Below are positions 25,445-36,850 of a stretch of 64,000 bases of DNA, piece after piece. This DNA comes from Pristiophorus japonicus (lineage: Eukaryota): assembly GCF_044704955.1 (NCBI RefSeq), contig NC_091997.1, forward strand, positions 19,034,001-19,098,000, written 5' to 3'. The notes beneath the pieces are model-generated. The model was not told where the DNA came from. It saw nothing but the letters and a program-made list of their open reading frames with translations, and searched no databases. How positions within the stretch are numbered: the first letter of the stretch is position 1; each line of letters opens with the position of its first letter. A program made the translations under genes and the position numbers.

Positions 25445-25720
25445 CCACGACAACAACAACAACTTGTATTTATATAGTGCCTATACCATAGTGAAACGTC
25501 CCAAGGCGCTTCACAGGAGTATTATGAGATAAAAATTTGACACCGAAATGCATAAGTAAAAATTAGCGCAAAAGAGCTATGTTTTAAGGAGCGTCTTGAA
25601 GGAGGAAAGAGAGGCAGAGAGGTTTTGAAAGGGAGTTCCAGAGCTTGGGGCCTAGGCAACAGAAGGCACGGCCACCAATGGTTGAGCGATTATAATCAGG
25701 GATGCTCAAGAGGGTAGAAT
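25445..25720 (-). mobile_element. L2 LINE 3' fragment
   Basis: (CAA)n tail plus ttgtatttatatagtgcc; reverse complement of the L2 end at ~770-1020. Confidence 0.7.
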
Positions 25721-25977
25721 TAGCAGCAACCAGCAATATTAATTCATGTCAAGAGAAACCAGCCCCGACAAACAATGCATGATGCCAGCATGCACTGAAG
25801 GGCAGGACATATGACAGAGATCACCTGCAGTTGCTTAGAAGAAAACTGGGACGCAACAGTTGACCACAACTGTAACCTTCACAGCCACTGACAGAGTCAT
25901 CCCTGTCCTGGAAGTGGCTCCGAAGTATGGCTGCAAGAGTGTGCTTTGTTCTATTGCAACCTCCTTCTGGACTCTTT

Positions 25978-26390
25978 GGGCTAGAAATTGCGTAGCGCCC
26001 GTTTGGGGTCGAGAACTTTTGCGGGAGCGCGAAAGTATCGCCGGGCGCTACACAATTCCAGCAGATGCAAACTTCCGGTTTCGCGCTCCAGGAGGGAAGT
26101 GCAGTGCTAAATCAAGCGCTACCACTTCCCTTGGAGCGCCAAACCGGGCAGGAGGGGTTGTAGCGGTACAGCGCTGCACAATATCCAGTGCAAGGCTGGC
26201 GGGATCGGTGGCTCCTCCCCTTCCTTAAAGGAAAGGGCCATCACAGCAGGCTCTGCATTAAATCTCCTCCTACACTCGTGATATCAAAAGCAGATGTTGC
26301 GTAGGCCTCAAGCCTCAGGTTCTCATTGTGCTGGGAGCTGGTCTCCAATGCACAGTAACACTACGGGCACCACAGAAGAAATTTCAGCCC
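25978..26390. mobile_element. GC-rich MITE
   Basis: GGGCTAGAAATT ... AAATTTCAGCCC imperfect TIRs. Confidence 0.6.
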
Positions 26391-26609
26391 CAGTGTGTTA
26401 CAGTTCCTCCAATGGCTGAGTGAGTAAGTGCGCCACTGTTTCTGATGCTAAGCCATGCAGGCTGGGCACATCCCAGGTTTGATCTTTGGTCTGTGCTGAG
26501 TAAGCTGGTTTCAGGCAGGATCCCCATGGTGCTACAGAGTAGATAGAGGGAAACTGTTCCCAGATGGCTCCAGTGCCCACGGACCAGGGAGGAGCGAAAT
26601 CAGTCAGAA

Positions 26610-27045
26610 AGAAAAACTTGCATTTATATAGCGCCTTTCACAACCATCGGGTGTCCCAGAGCGCTTTACAGCCAATGAAGTAATTTTGAAGTGTCGTTAC
26701 TGTTGTAATGTAGGAAACACAGCAGCCAATTAATGCACAGCAAGCTCCCACAAATGTGATAATGACCTGATAATCTGTGGTGGTGATGTTAATTGAGGGA
26801 TAAATATTGGCCAGGACACCAGGGATAATTCCCCTGCTCTTCTTCAAAATAGTGCCATGGGATCTTAAATGTTCACCTGAGAGGACAGACAGGGCCTCGG
26901 TTTAACATCTCATTTGAAAGACGGCAACTCCAACAGTGCAGCACTCACTCGGTACTGCACTGGAGTGTCAGCCTAGATTTTTGTGCTCAGGTCCCTGTAG
27001 TGAGACTTGAATCCACAACCTTCTGACTCAGAGGCCAGCCACAGC
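26610..27045 (-). mobile_element. Deu-domain SINE (SacSINE/AmnSINE-like), near-complete; further copies at ~47611-48065, ~49445-49675 and ~23900-23990
   Basis: tRNA-like head (ggttgtggattcaagtc on minus), central ggccaggacaccagggataa..ccctgctcttctt domain, L2-type tail tatataaatgcaag. Confidence 0.75.
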
Positions 27046-27418
27046 TGACACGCATGGTTCCGGCATGTGTGTGGGTGTTGAGGGAGACAGGATTGGACTT
27101 TGATGTGGTGCCCTGTATGGATGAGTGCCCTGCTAGCAATCACTGCTTGGGTTTGTACTTGGAGTGAATGGGAGTGCCAGAGGATTGCTGGCCATGTAGA
27201 CCTGTGCCACATCACTTTCAGGAGAGTGGAAAAAAGCAAAGAAAACTGAGAGGAAAATCGGTACATTGATGCTTTATGATATAAAAGTTATGAAACGGCA
27301 AAGAAATATAATATAACATTGTCTGTGGTGTAATTCCTGTATTATAGAATACACAATTACATTGGTGATTCATACCTAACCATGGCATCATATAATGAGT
27401 AATGGATAACTGGATTAC

Positions 27419-27713
27419 CAGCCCGTTATCTGATTGAGTTGCTCAAGTAATGTCATAAACCTAGATAGAAAAACTTGATGAGCTGTTTCACCCCAGGATG
27501 AGATTACGGTTTTGAAATCACACAACGATAAGTTTAATTTCTTAGAAAATAACTTATGAATTCTGTGAGGTGGTTCTGCATAGATTGGAATCTGTTTTAT
27601 TCTGTTTGTGATTACAGCATCTTTCAGTTTAAATAGTAACAGACAATGCACTCTGTCTGAATTGATACTTGAAGACATTTGTCCCAAAGGATTGCCAATT
27701 GCAATGGTAACCA
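27419..27713 (-). CDS. Internal coding exon of unidentified host gene (295 bp; VTIAIGNPLGQ...LLEQLNQITG)
   Basis: Acceptor ctaattctaacttgcag| and donor GGCTG|gtaatc. The 97-codon open frame lies exactly between them (ORF 27415..27714). Non-repetitive AT-rich flanks. Phase 1 in, phase 2 out. Confidence 0.8.
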
Positions 27714-28189
27714 CTGCAAGTTAGAATTAGCATCTGATTACCATATTATATTTTAACTATATTCTTATTCATAGACTGTAGCAGCCTAAAAACTGCCAAT
27801 GGCAATACTAGTGGGTTCGTTTGTTTACTATTTTAGTGGAGGGGTAATCCATTTAAAATAAATGGACTATTAATTAAAATAGCCTACAATTAAAATAGTG
27901 GACAGAGGGATATCATATTGACACATCAATCTCTATTCATTAATATTGCCATTTGGTAATTTTTTAGGCTACACTATTGACATTCTCTGAAGTCCATCAG
28001 TTTGATGCCCATGAGAATAAAACCCTAACGGTTGGTTTTCCTCCTCGCTCCAAGCTGACCTGAACTGACCCAACATTCGGGCTCAAAGTTCCCCCAGTGC
28101 CTCGACTACTTCTAAGGGAATTCTGCCACTCGGAGAAGCCCAAGGCTCAAGCTTATTGCCCGTGGAGGCCCAGGAGAAGCTTGGTGTTT

Positions 28190-29990
28190 TTTAATTTAAT
28201 TTATTCGTTCACGGATGTGGGCGTCATCGGCAAGGCCAGCATTGATTGCCCACCCCTAATTGCCCAAGAGAAAGGTGGTGAGTTAAGTTTCAACCACATT
28301 GTTGTGGGTCTGGAGTCACATGTAGGCCAGACCAGGTAAGGATGACAGATTTCTGTTCCTAGAGGACATTAGTGAACCAGATGGGATTCTTACAACAATC
28401 CAGTAGTTTCACAGGGGCCAATTTTGGCCATGACTTGCATCAATTTTTTTGGAGTAAGTTGTTTTCTCTGGCGTAAGTTAAAAAAATGCCATTTTCCCCC
28501 CAAAATTTGCTCCAGAGTAAGTCAGTTAGGTACGATTTTTTATAGTTCAGTTTTTTTTTTCAAAAGGGGGCGTTCCCAGACACTTACGCCAGTTTTGGTA
28601 TTTATACCACTTTGGCCAGCTAAAACTTACTCCAAATCCACTTAGGTCAGCGTATGTGGCCAGCTCTGAAAAACATTGCGGACAGTTAAGAATTCGGTGC
28701 AGGTTGCAGCACCAAGACTTTCAAAGCACTAAACAAAGCACAACAATAAGCATTCAATAACAAATAAAAAATACAAGGAAGCTGAGGGGACCTGCACCAA
28801 GACTTACAAAGCACTAACCAAACCACAAAAAGTAATAAGCCATCAATCAATAACAAATAAAAAATATAAGTCCTATCTTTATGCCAGAATCAAGTTTTTT
28901 TTTAAAGTTCCTCCCACCCCCGCCAAAACTCTCCGCCTCCCCACCCCCCCCACCCCCCCACCCCGCCCTAATCAAAACTTTCAAGCACAATCGTCAATAC
29001 ATAAAAAATAAAACTGAAGTCTTACCTTGGCCCGGGAAGTCAGCGGGCCGGCCGGCTGGTGCGGGAGGCCACTCGGCCGGGGATAGGGTACGGCGAAGAT
29101 CGGGGCATCGTTCAGCCGGGGATAGGGTCCATGAGCATGGGGTCCTGCTCACAGCCCGCAGGACATGCTGGGAGGGCAGGAGCATGCGCGTAGACTTCAC
29201 TGCGCATATGCGCAACTGCCAGCAGTGCTTTCTGCGCTGGCCTGTTGCTCCGCCCCCCACACTTCACTAGCTACTCCACGCTGGGACACCGGAGAGTCGG
29301 TAGAGCGGGCAGGATGGGGCCCCTTTTTTTCGGAGCCATTTCCAGCGCGCAAAGTCGGCGCATTTAAGGTAATTGTGCCGAAAAAAGGGGTTGGGGAAAA
29401 TTGGGCCCACAGACACCATTGCTGATATCAGCTTTTTATTTCAGTTTTATTTCATTAAATGAATTTAAATTCCCCAGCTGCCATGGTGGGATTTGAACTT
29501 ATGTCTCCAGCTCATTAGTCCAGCCCTCTGGATTATTTGGGATTAGACTGGACAACCTCTTGTTTGCTGGTGCAGATATGATGGTAAGTATTGCAGGGAA
29601 TCGAATACGGCCAGGGTGATCTCCTGGACTAGTTTTGATCACCTGGATGTGTCAGAGAGGAATTTTCACAGATTTTTTTTTCCCAATTGGCCTGGGTTTT
29701 TATCTGGTTTTTGCCTCTCCCAGGAGATCACATAACTCCGGTTGGGGTGGAGTGTTTCAGTGTCAGGGGTGTCTCAGTTGTGTTGGGTGGACTGGTTGGG
29801 CTGGGTGCTCTTTACCTTTCCACCATTGTTCATAGGTTTAGATGTAACCTTCAGTGCTGCTGACCGAGGGCCATGTGGCTCTTTGTCAGCCGGCGCGGAC
29901 ACGATGGACTGAAATGGCTTCCTTCTGCACTGTAAATTTCTATGTTTCGATGTTTCTATTAGTCCAGTGACATAACCACTAGGCTACCGT
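28190..29990 (-). mobile_element. HE1-like SINE split by a MITE (28414-29408) and a CR1 3' tail fragment (~29535-29958)
   Basis: Pieces are collinear with the reverse complement of 23325-23755. Confidence 0.65.
28414..29408. mobile_element. Harbinger-type MITE, family B (~1 kb)
   Basis: TIRs GGGGCCAATTTT / AAAATTGGGCCC, 3-bp TSD ACA; highly similar in inverted orientation to 54926-55947. Confidence 0.85.
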
Positions 29991-31327
29991 ACCCGTATTG
30001 GATGGTTGTTGCAAACAAGGCAGCAGTCACTTTTACTGAATACAACAATGCACTGAGGACTAATTGGTGTTGCCATAATCCTCACTTGCACCCTGGAAAG
30101 ATGCCGAGGCAAAACCATTTAAGGCTATCCTCACTTTTATTGTGCTGAGCCTGCCCCAGAACGTGGCTGCAGGTACTCCTGCAACAGTTTGCGGATCAAA
30201 GCCTGAGGATGCACTGCTCCTTGCTAGGTTGAGAAAGGTCCCGTAGGACCAATAGATGCATCATTCTGCTCACTCACCCGCTCGCTGCCCTCTTCCCACT
30301 ATGATGCCTCACTTCGCTGGCATCCAAAACGGCTTCCTGTTCCTCCTCAGTCTTATCCTACAATTAGGACAAGTACAAAGGGATTCCAACTGGAACCGCG
30401 ACAGGATGTTGGACAGTAAGAAATTCCCACAGCTTCGTTAATGCTTTTGCCCGCAGTGCCCTCCCTGTGGCAACAATAAAGATCACCTGAGCAAATGTAC
30501 ACAGGTAACAAAGCGAGTGTACTTCAAGCCATCAAAGCCTGCACATTTAAACTGTGCAGCCACTGAAATGCACTGCAGGACCCAGGAGTGCTTCCTTTAC
30601 ATGGGAGCTACTCGTTCCTGGCCTGCGACCAGCAGAAATAGAGGAATGATGGTTATAGTTGGTCACCTCGACATCATTTGGTGGACATTAAAAGAAAAAT
30701 TTGCATAGCTGCAACTCTGCAGTGCACTGGCGCATTTTAATCCGGAAAGAAATTGAGGCACATTGTAATCAGGGCAGAGACACAGGGTAAGGGCTCTCCA
30801 CCCAGTTTTGCTCTGACATACACCTCAAAAGTAGCTGTGCTTGGCTGCACAGCAAAGAATAATCAGCCCTATTAAAAGATTCAGATGATCTGACTCACTG
30901 AACATAACAACTAAGAATAGCTGAGTTGCTATATTTTATAAGAGAATGAGAAATGCCGTATATGGTTGTTTCTGAATCATTCTCTTGTGACGCTCAAAGC
31001 TATTTGTTGTTCACCGTTGTCTATCTTCTATCTTAATTCTATGGCCGCAAAATTCGGCTCCGTAGCACCCGTTTTTGAGTCGAATATGCTGTTTGCACAC
31101 ACTTCTGGTGCGGGCCGTGGTGGACACCATTATGGTGGGATCGTTAGCGCAGGCACTGTGCGGAGCGCGCACCGCAAGTATGCAGAGTAGGTAGATCATG
31201 ACGTCAGTCAACGTGTGACGCTGATTTGAAGCCATCGCTGCCATTTTCAAACTCAACGCGCCAACTAACGCCCTGTCTTAAAGGCGTACAGCTAAACATA
31301 TGTTCAGCAACAGGAAGAACTCCCCAC

Positions 31328-31491
31328 CAATGTTCCCTTTAAGCTGCGTGGCTGGGCAGCCCTCCAGAGCTCCCGTGCAGCCGCGAGCCGGATTTAAAAT
31401 TGAAAAAACTGTCGTTGCGCAAAATTTTAAATGGGTCGCAAAGCCCATTAAAGGGGCAGCGTGGCTCAAACAAAAATGACAGGGAACAGTG
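31328..31491. mobile_element. hAT-type MITE (164 bp)
   Basis: TIR CAATGTTCCC / GGGAACAGTG with exact 8-bp TSD CTCCCCAC. Confidence 0.85.
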
Positions 31492-31679
31492 CTCCCCACC
31501 AGCGCTATTTAAAGGGATCATCAAATGCTTTCAGGTTTGTTCCTGATTGATTTCTACTTGCTCTTGGTCAGTTTGTAGATGTGCTTGATGGTTTGTTATC
31601 GTATATGAGTTGTTGAAGTCTTTAGAGAGTGGTGTGGCAGGTTACTTCAAGGCTTCTGCTCATCCCAGTTACCCTCAGA

Positions 31680-33190
31680 CACGGGTGCAGTAGTTTGCAT
31701 CCTCCTCGGCCTGACAGGGAGAATGAGCAGAGGCGACACAGAGGAAGACAAGCTGCTGGAAGAGGGAGGAGGGGGAGAAGGGCCATTTCCACCCAGGGTC
31801 TTCAGTGAACAATACTTCTACCTCAGGCAGAGCGAGGACCAATGTATTTTTTTTAATTTCAAAATATATTTTATTCATATAAAAATTTGTACAGTACATT
31901 CAAAAGCAGTTCAGTACATTTAGCTGCGGTCAGCAATCCCATACACTACATTTGGGTGCTGACGGCAGTTCCGTTCGATACATTACCTTGCTTTTCAGTT
32001 CAAGTACAATTCGGTACAATACGGGATACATTGTTGTACATTCGACAAATTACATTACATGTGTCACTATACAGTACACGGAATGGGTGACGGTACATTT
32101 ACATTTTTTTTTCAATGTGCCTTACGAAACAGACCTTGCATTGTACATGGCACTACATAGGTGTTTACAGATCATGGTGCTCCATGTACACAAAAAAGAA
32201 GTTACAAGTACGGTCCGAGGGGGGTTTTGTCCTGATTCCATCCCCCGGGTTTACCGTGGCAGAAGGGCTTTAAACTGTGGCCCTCCCCCACCGTGCCTTT
32301 GCGGCGGCTGCACCAATTTTAAGTGCGTCCCTCAGCACGTAATCCCATTGGCGAGGACCAATGTATCTGACGGCTCCGCTTCATGAAGGAGGTGCTCACT
32401 GAAATCTGCCCCCTGTTGCTGGCAGAACTGCAGCCTCAGAGCAGGGCAAGGACAACGTGTGAAGGTGAGCGTGGCCCTGAATCTTTATGCATCGGGCTCC
32501 TTCGAGGCTGAGGCTGGCGATCCTTCCAACATCTCTCAGTTCATCGTCCACTCCTGTATAAAGGAGGCAAGTGAGGCTCTGTATGCAAAGAGAGGTAAAT
32601 ACATTTCATTCTCTTTTGCCAGAGAGCAGCAGGTGGAGCGAGCACGTATCTTCCCCAGGATAGGAGCTTCTCCACGGTGCAGGGTGCCAGGGACTACACG
32701 CACATTGCTTTGCGGGCGCCGCATGTGAATTCGGAGATGTACCGCAACCGGAAGGGATTTCACGCCCTCAATGTCCAGCTGGTGTGCGACCAGTCCAGCA
32801 TGCAGGTCAGTACTCAATGTATTGGCAGCAGTCGTGAGGACTTAATTCTGCGGCAGTCCACTGTAATATCTGCATTTGAGCCGCAACGACAAACCAGAGG
32901 CTGACTACTGGGCGACAAGGGCTGTCCGCTGACCAACTGGCTCGTGAATCCGGTGCGCAACCCACGTACTCGTGGGCAGCCAACATATAACGAAAGCCGT
33001 GTTGCCACACAAAATGTGATCGAGCTGACCATTGCGGTCCTTAAACAATGCTTCCGCTGCCTGGAGGAGTCCTGCAGTACTTGCCAGAGGGCGTCTCAAG
33101 ATTTGTCATGGGTCTGCTGTATGCTGCACAACCTCGCTATCCTGAGGGCACAGCCTTTGCTACTTGGTATACAGCGAAGAGCTGAGGAGG
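31680..33190 (+). pseudogene. Harbinger DDE transposase pseudogene (HARBI1-like family), interrupted by a Tx1 insertion, stops and frameshifts
   Basis: PPRVFSEQYFYL..SEDQCI*RLRF; VALNLYASGSF; QGARDYTHIAL; YRNRKGFHALNVQLVCD; LLGDKG; TQNVIELTIAVLKQCFRCL; CCMLHNLAI. Confidence 0.9.
31848..32350 (-). mobile_element. Tx1/L1-clade LINE 3' fragment with A-rich tail, inserted in the Harbinger transposase
   Basis: ORF2 end DYVLRDALKIGAAAAKARWG; 16-bp TSD GCGAGGACCAATGTAT (31832-31847 and 32351-32366). Confidence 0.85.
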
Positions 33191-33644
33191 GGGAAGAGGA
33201 GGAGGAAGAGGAAGTGGAGGACTGCAGCGGTTCAAGAAGCTGGCTCAACACCATCTTCTCAAGGGCAGTTAGGGATGGGCAATAAATGCCGGCCTTGCCA
33301 GCGACGCCCACATCCCGTGAACGAATACATTTTTTTTTTTAAAAGAAGAGGAGGACAGCCCCTCTCTGATTGGGCTGTCCATGAACAACTCATCCAACTG
33401 CAGTATCAGTGAACGCAACCCCAATTCCCCACTCACCAACAGCCCAACACCCTACCTTCTCAGGTACTGACAATCACAGCATTCTCTTGGCCACTACGCT
33501 ACAAGAAAAGCCACCACAAAACAAACATTCCAAACCAAATGTATAAATCAAACCATCCAATATTACATATTAAAGTTAACTAGTCAGCCTTGTACATTTC
33601 CTTTGCCTGTCCTAGTGCTCCTACGCAGTGCTACCCCAGTAGTG

Positions 33645-35542
33645 CTACTTCAGCATGGCTGGTGGAAGGCTGCTGATTTTCATTGGGGGAGACTGCAGAT
33701 GGCCTAGAAGGCCTGGCTTAGGACTATACCATGTCGACATGGGTAGCAGCAGTCCGGGCTGGCTGAAAGGCAAACACAAGGGCACGGGTGGAGTGGCAAT
33801 GGTGGGAGGACAAATGCTGACATCCTGATAGATGACAGGAGGTGCGTTCTCCATGAAGCCACTGCCACTCCCCCAGGGTGGTGCCTCAGCAATCCGAATA
33901 ACCTGTTGGAAGACAGATTGCAGGACTGCTGTGACAACCTGCAAGCCCCTTTCAACACAACCACGATGACAGCAGTCTGAGCTTGCGTGACAGCAAGCTG
34001 AATTTGCATGACAGGAGTCTGAGCTTCCATTGCAGCACCCAGACTTTGGGTGGCTACTGCTTCTGCTGCAATGGAAGCTGATACATCAGCCATCAGACGC
34101 TGCATCATGGTTGGGTTCTCAAGTGCGCTAATGGATCTGCCCACATTTCTAAGCTGGAAAGGATATGCTCCAAGCTCTGCACAAAGCCCTTTGCAAAGTT
34201 GGTGCCAGACTCCTCCATGCTCCTTGACATTGCATGTTGGCTTTCTGTCAGGCCTGCCAATGCACCAAGCGTTTCATTGTGCATACCCATCAGCATTCTT
34301 CTGTAGGCCGCCCCATGGAAGTCCTCATCTGAGCCCTCTGCAGCAGAACTCATGTGCGACCTCATCCTCCGAACTCATGTGCGAGCCCTATCCTTTCCCC
34401 CTTGCCTGGCTGCAGGCCACTCAAGCCCGCGTGCAGATCCCGCATCTAACCTATCCCTTGAAGTATTCAGAGTGTCAGTATCTGAGCTGGTGACTGCAAG
34501 TGTGAGATCGAGTGACGGTGCAGTGTGGTCAGTAAAACTGCCTCCTTCCTCTTCCGCTTCTTGCTCCTCCACCACTGCCTGGCCAGGTTGCAGTTTTTGG
34601 CTATCCGAAAGGAGGAAGGCACAACGGTAAGGTTGCAGTGAGGGGTGGGTGGGAAAGCAAGAGGTTCATGGAGATTGTGGGATGAGGGAGAACTGGGATG
34701 TGAGAAGGGGGATTAGGTGTGAGGATACCGTCGTCTTCCTTGTTTCAGCCCCGCCACTAGCCACGGGCTCAACAATGGCCACTCCAATAATCTCCCGCAC
34801 CTTCTCCTCCATCAGGATTAGGTCATGCAGGTGCATCTATCTTGCTGCGGTTAGCCCCTGGTGGCCCCAATTATGACTGACCTTCTCCGGAAAGAGAGAG
34901 GGAAGAGTATCAGTGAGTGTGGTGCAATGTGTTTGAGTGATATGCCCGTCATGGATGAATAGCTGTGAGTGTGTGCAAGCTGTGAGCTGTGAGTGTGAGG
35001 CTTGCAGCAGTGCTAAGTGTGTAATGGTGAGGTGAACCTATGAATGGGAGGTATGAGTTGTGATTGATAAGAGATTGTTGGTATGTGAGTGAGGGGATGG
35101 TGAACTGAACAGTGTGTGAGCCCACTGGTTCAGTTGCAAGGATATGAAGATGAATTCACTGACCTTGATCACTCGTGTAAGGTCATTAAACTTCTTGCGG
35201 TACTGCATCCAGATCCTCGAGGTGGCACTGTTGGTATTGACAGTGAAGGCTATCTGCTCCCATTGCCTTCTCACAGTTTGTCTGGAGGGCCTTCTGTCCT
35301 CCTATGGATAGAGGGTTTCTCTCCTCAAATGTTACCTTTAAGCTGCACAGCCGCATGACTCTGGAGCTCCAGCACAGCCGGCTCAATGGCTTTTAAATGG
35401 GAAAAACCACGCATGTGCATTATTTTGAATGGGCTGCGTACCCGCCCCAAAAATTAAGGGGAACATTGCTCTCCTCCTGCACCAAGGTCTCCAGTGCTGC
35501 GTCAGAAAATCTTAGAGCCCACTCTCTGCCCTTTTGTACCAT
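33645..35542 (-). pseudogene. Harbinger Myb/SANT-like DNA-binding protein pseudogene (spliced)
   Basis: MVQKGREWALRFSDAALETLV...WEQIAFTVN..ATSRIWMQYRKKFNDLTRVIK|gtcagt, followed by acidic and coiled-coil-like exons. Confidence 0.8.
35327..35468. mobile_element. hAT-type MITE (142 bp), same family, inserted in the Myb exon
   Basis: TIR AAATGTTACC / GGGAACATTG with exact 8-bp TSD CTCTCCTC. Confidence 0.85.
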
Positions 35543-35620
35543 CAGTACATCTACTTCTGGCTCATACTCTTACCCAGCCACTCCCAGTACCTGCTGCAAC
35601 CAGAATGCACCTCGCCTTTA

Positions 35621-35720
35621 AGACGTGCAGGCTACCTTTAAGAGTTGCAGGCTATCTTTAAGAAGTGCAGGCTACCTTTCAGTAGTGACGGCTACCTTTA
35701 AGTAGTGCAGGCTAGCTTTA
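35621..35720 (+). repeat. Tandem repeat, 5 x 20 bp (agNNgtgcaggctaccttta)
   Basis: Directly visible array in the Harbinger subterminal region. Confidence 0.85.
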
Positions 35721-36239
35721 ACTGGTGATAGCCTTGCACAAACTTGGGCCCCTGCTCAAGCGTGCAGCCGCTCAGCAATGCATTCAGCGCTGGGCTGCAC
35801 ACTGCTATTATTTAAATTAGCGGGCAGCCCAAAGCTTGTGTATCGCGATTCCCGGGCCCGTTTTGAGGCTTCGTTCAATTACTAGGCCTGTGGGCGTTAC
35901 TTCCTAAGAGCTTGATGACTAACTGTAGGAAAGACAAAAAGAAATTACAGCTAACAATAGATTCTTATATCTTAAAGGTCTGTATCAAGTGAATTGGATT
36001 TCAAAATTGGATTCCCTTGCTCATGCCTGTAGCCTTGCGAATCTAACACACTTATGAAAGAATTCCGCAAGCACAGTGCCCTCTGTAATAATGCAGTTTT
36101 TTCAATAAAGGGAAGCTATTGCATTTTTCATTTCCTTCTGTAAAAATAGTTTATTTTATAAAGATTTGTTGGATCTTTGGATAGCTCAGCTGGTAACTGC
36201 AGGAGAATTTTCAGGAACAGGAAAAGCTATTCGGGCCAA

Positions 36240-36850
36240 ATCAGAGATTCAGAGATCAACCCCACATATCGCCTTCTTAGCACATCCCATAATCCCTTCT
36301 TTCTTCAGAAATTTAACTATTTGCCTTTTGAACCTACTTATACTGGCTGCTTCAATGGCCTTTTCTGGTAACTTATTCCAGGTCATTACCGCATCTTGTT
36401 CTTTCTTAAATTATTCCAGGGTTTTAGCCTCCAGCAAGAGCTCACGGAAGTTCATTCGATATGTTGATCACTCTGTGTGTGAAGGAGAACCTCCTCATAT
36501 TAGTCTTAAAATATGAACTTGTGCCCCCTTGTCCTACTGCCAGTTTAACAAAGTAGTATTCTCGATTAACCCTATTTATACCATTTACTATTTTATCGGA
36601 AGATCACCTCCCTGACATCTCCCTTCCAGGCTGAAAAGGCCAAGTTTCTTCTGTTGTTCCTCATAACTCTGACCTTTGACACAAGGGATCAACCTCATGG
36701 CACTTCTCTACACTGCCTCTAGCACTTGAATATCCCCCTTGTTTCTCGCTGACCAGAACTGGACATTGTAGTCAAGGTGCTCAGAGCATTCTGCCATTCG
36801 ATCATGACTTCCTCTGACTTGTATTCTACTGTTTTGGCTATGTAGTTCAA
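36240..36850 (-). mobile_element. Old CR1 3' fragment
   Basis: Degenerate gaccagaactggaca..gtagtcaaggtg (HLDY..QFW) and downstream motifs. Confidence 0.55.

Larger units (their letters stand above)
31042..35888. mobile_element. Decayed, formerly autonomous PIF/Harbinger DNA transposon (transposase on plus, Myb/SANT gene on minus)
   Basis: Convergent transposase and Myb-like genes; degenerate GGCC....AATT termini. Confidence 0.85.

Noticed and set aside
31680-33190. Domesticated HARBI1 gene
   Set aside because: Stops, frameshifts, a LINE insertion and the adjacent Myb gene show it is a dead transposon.
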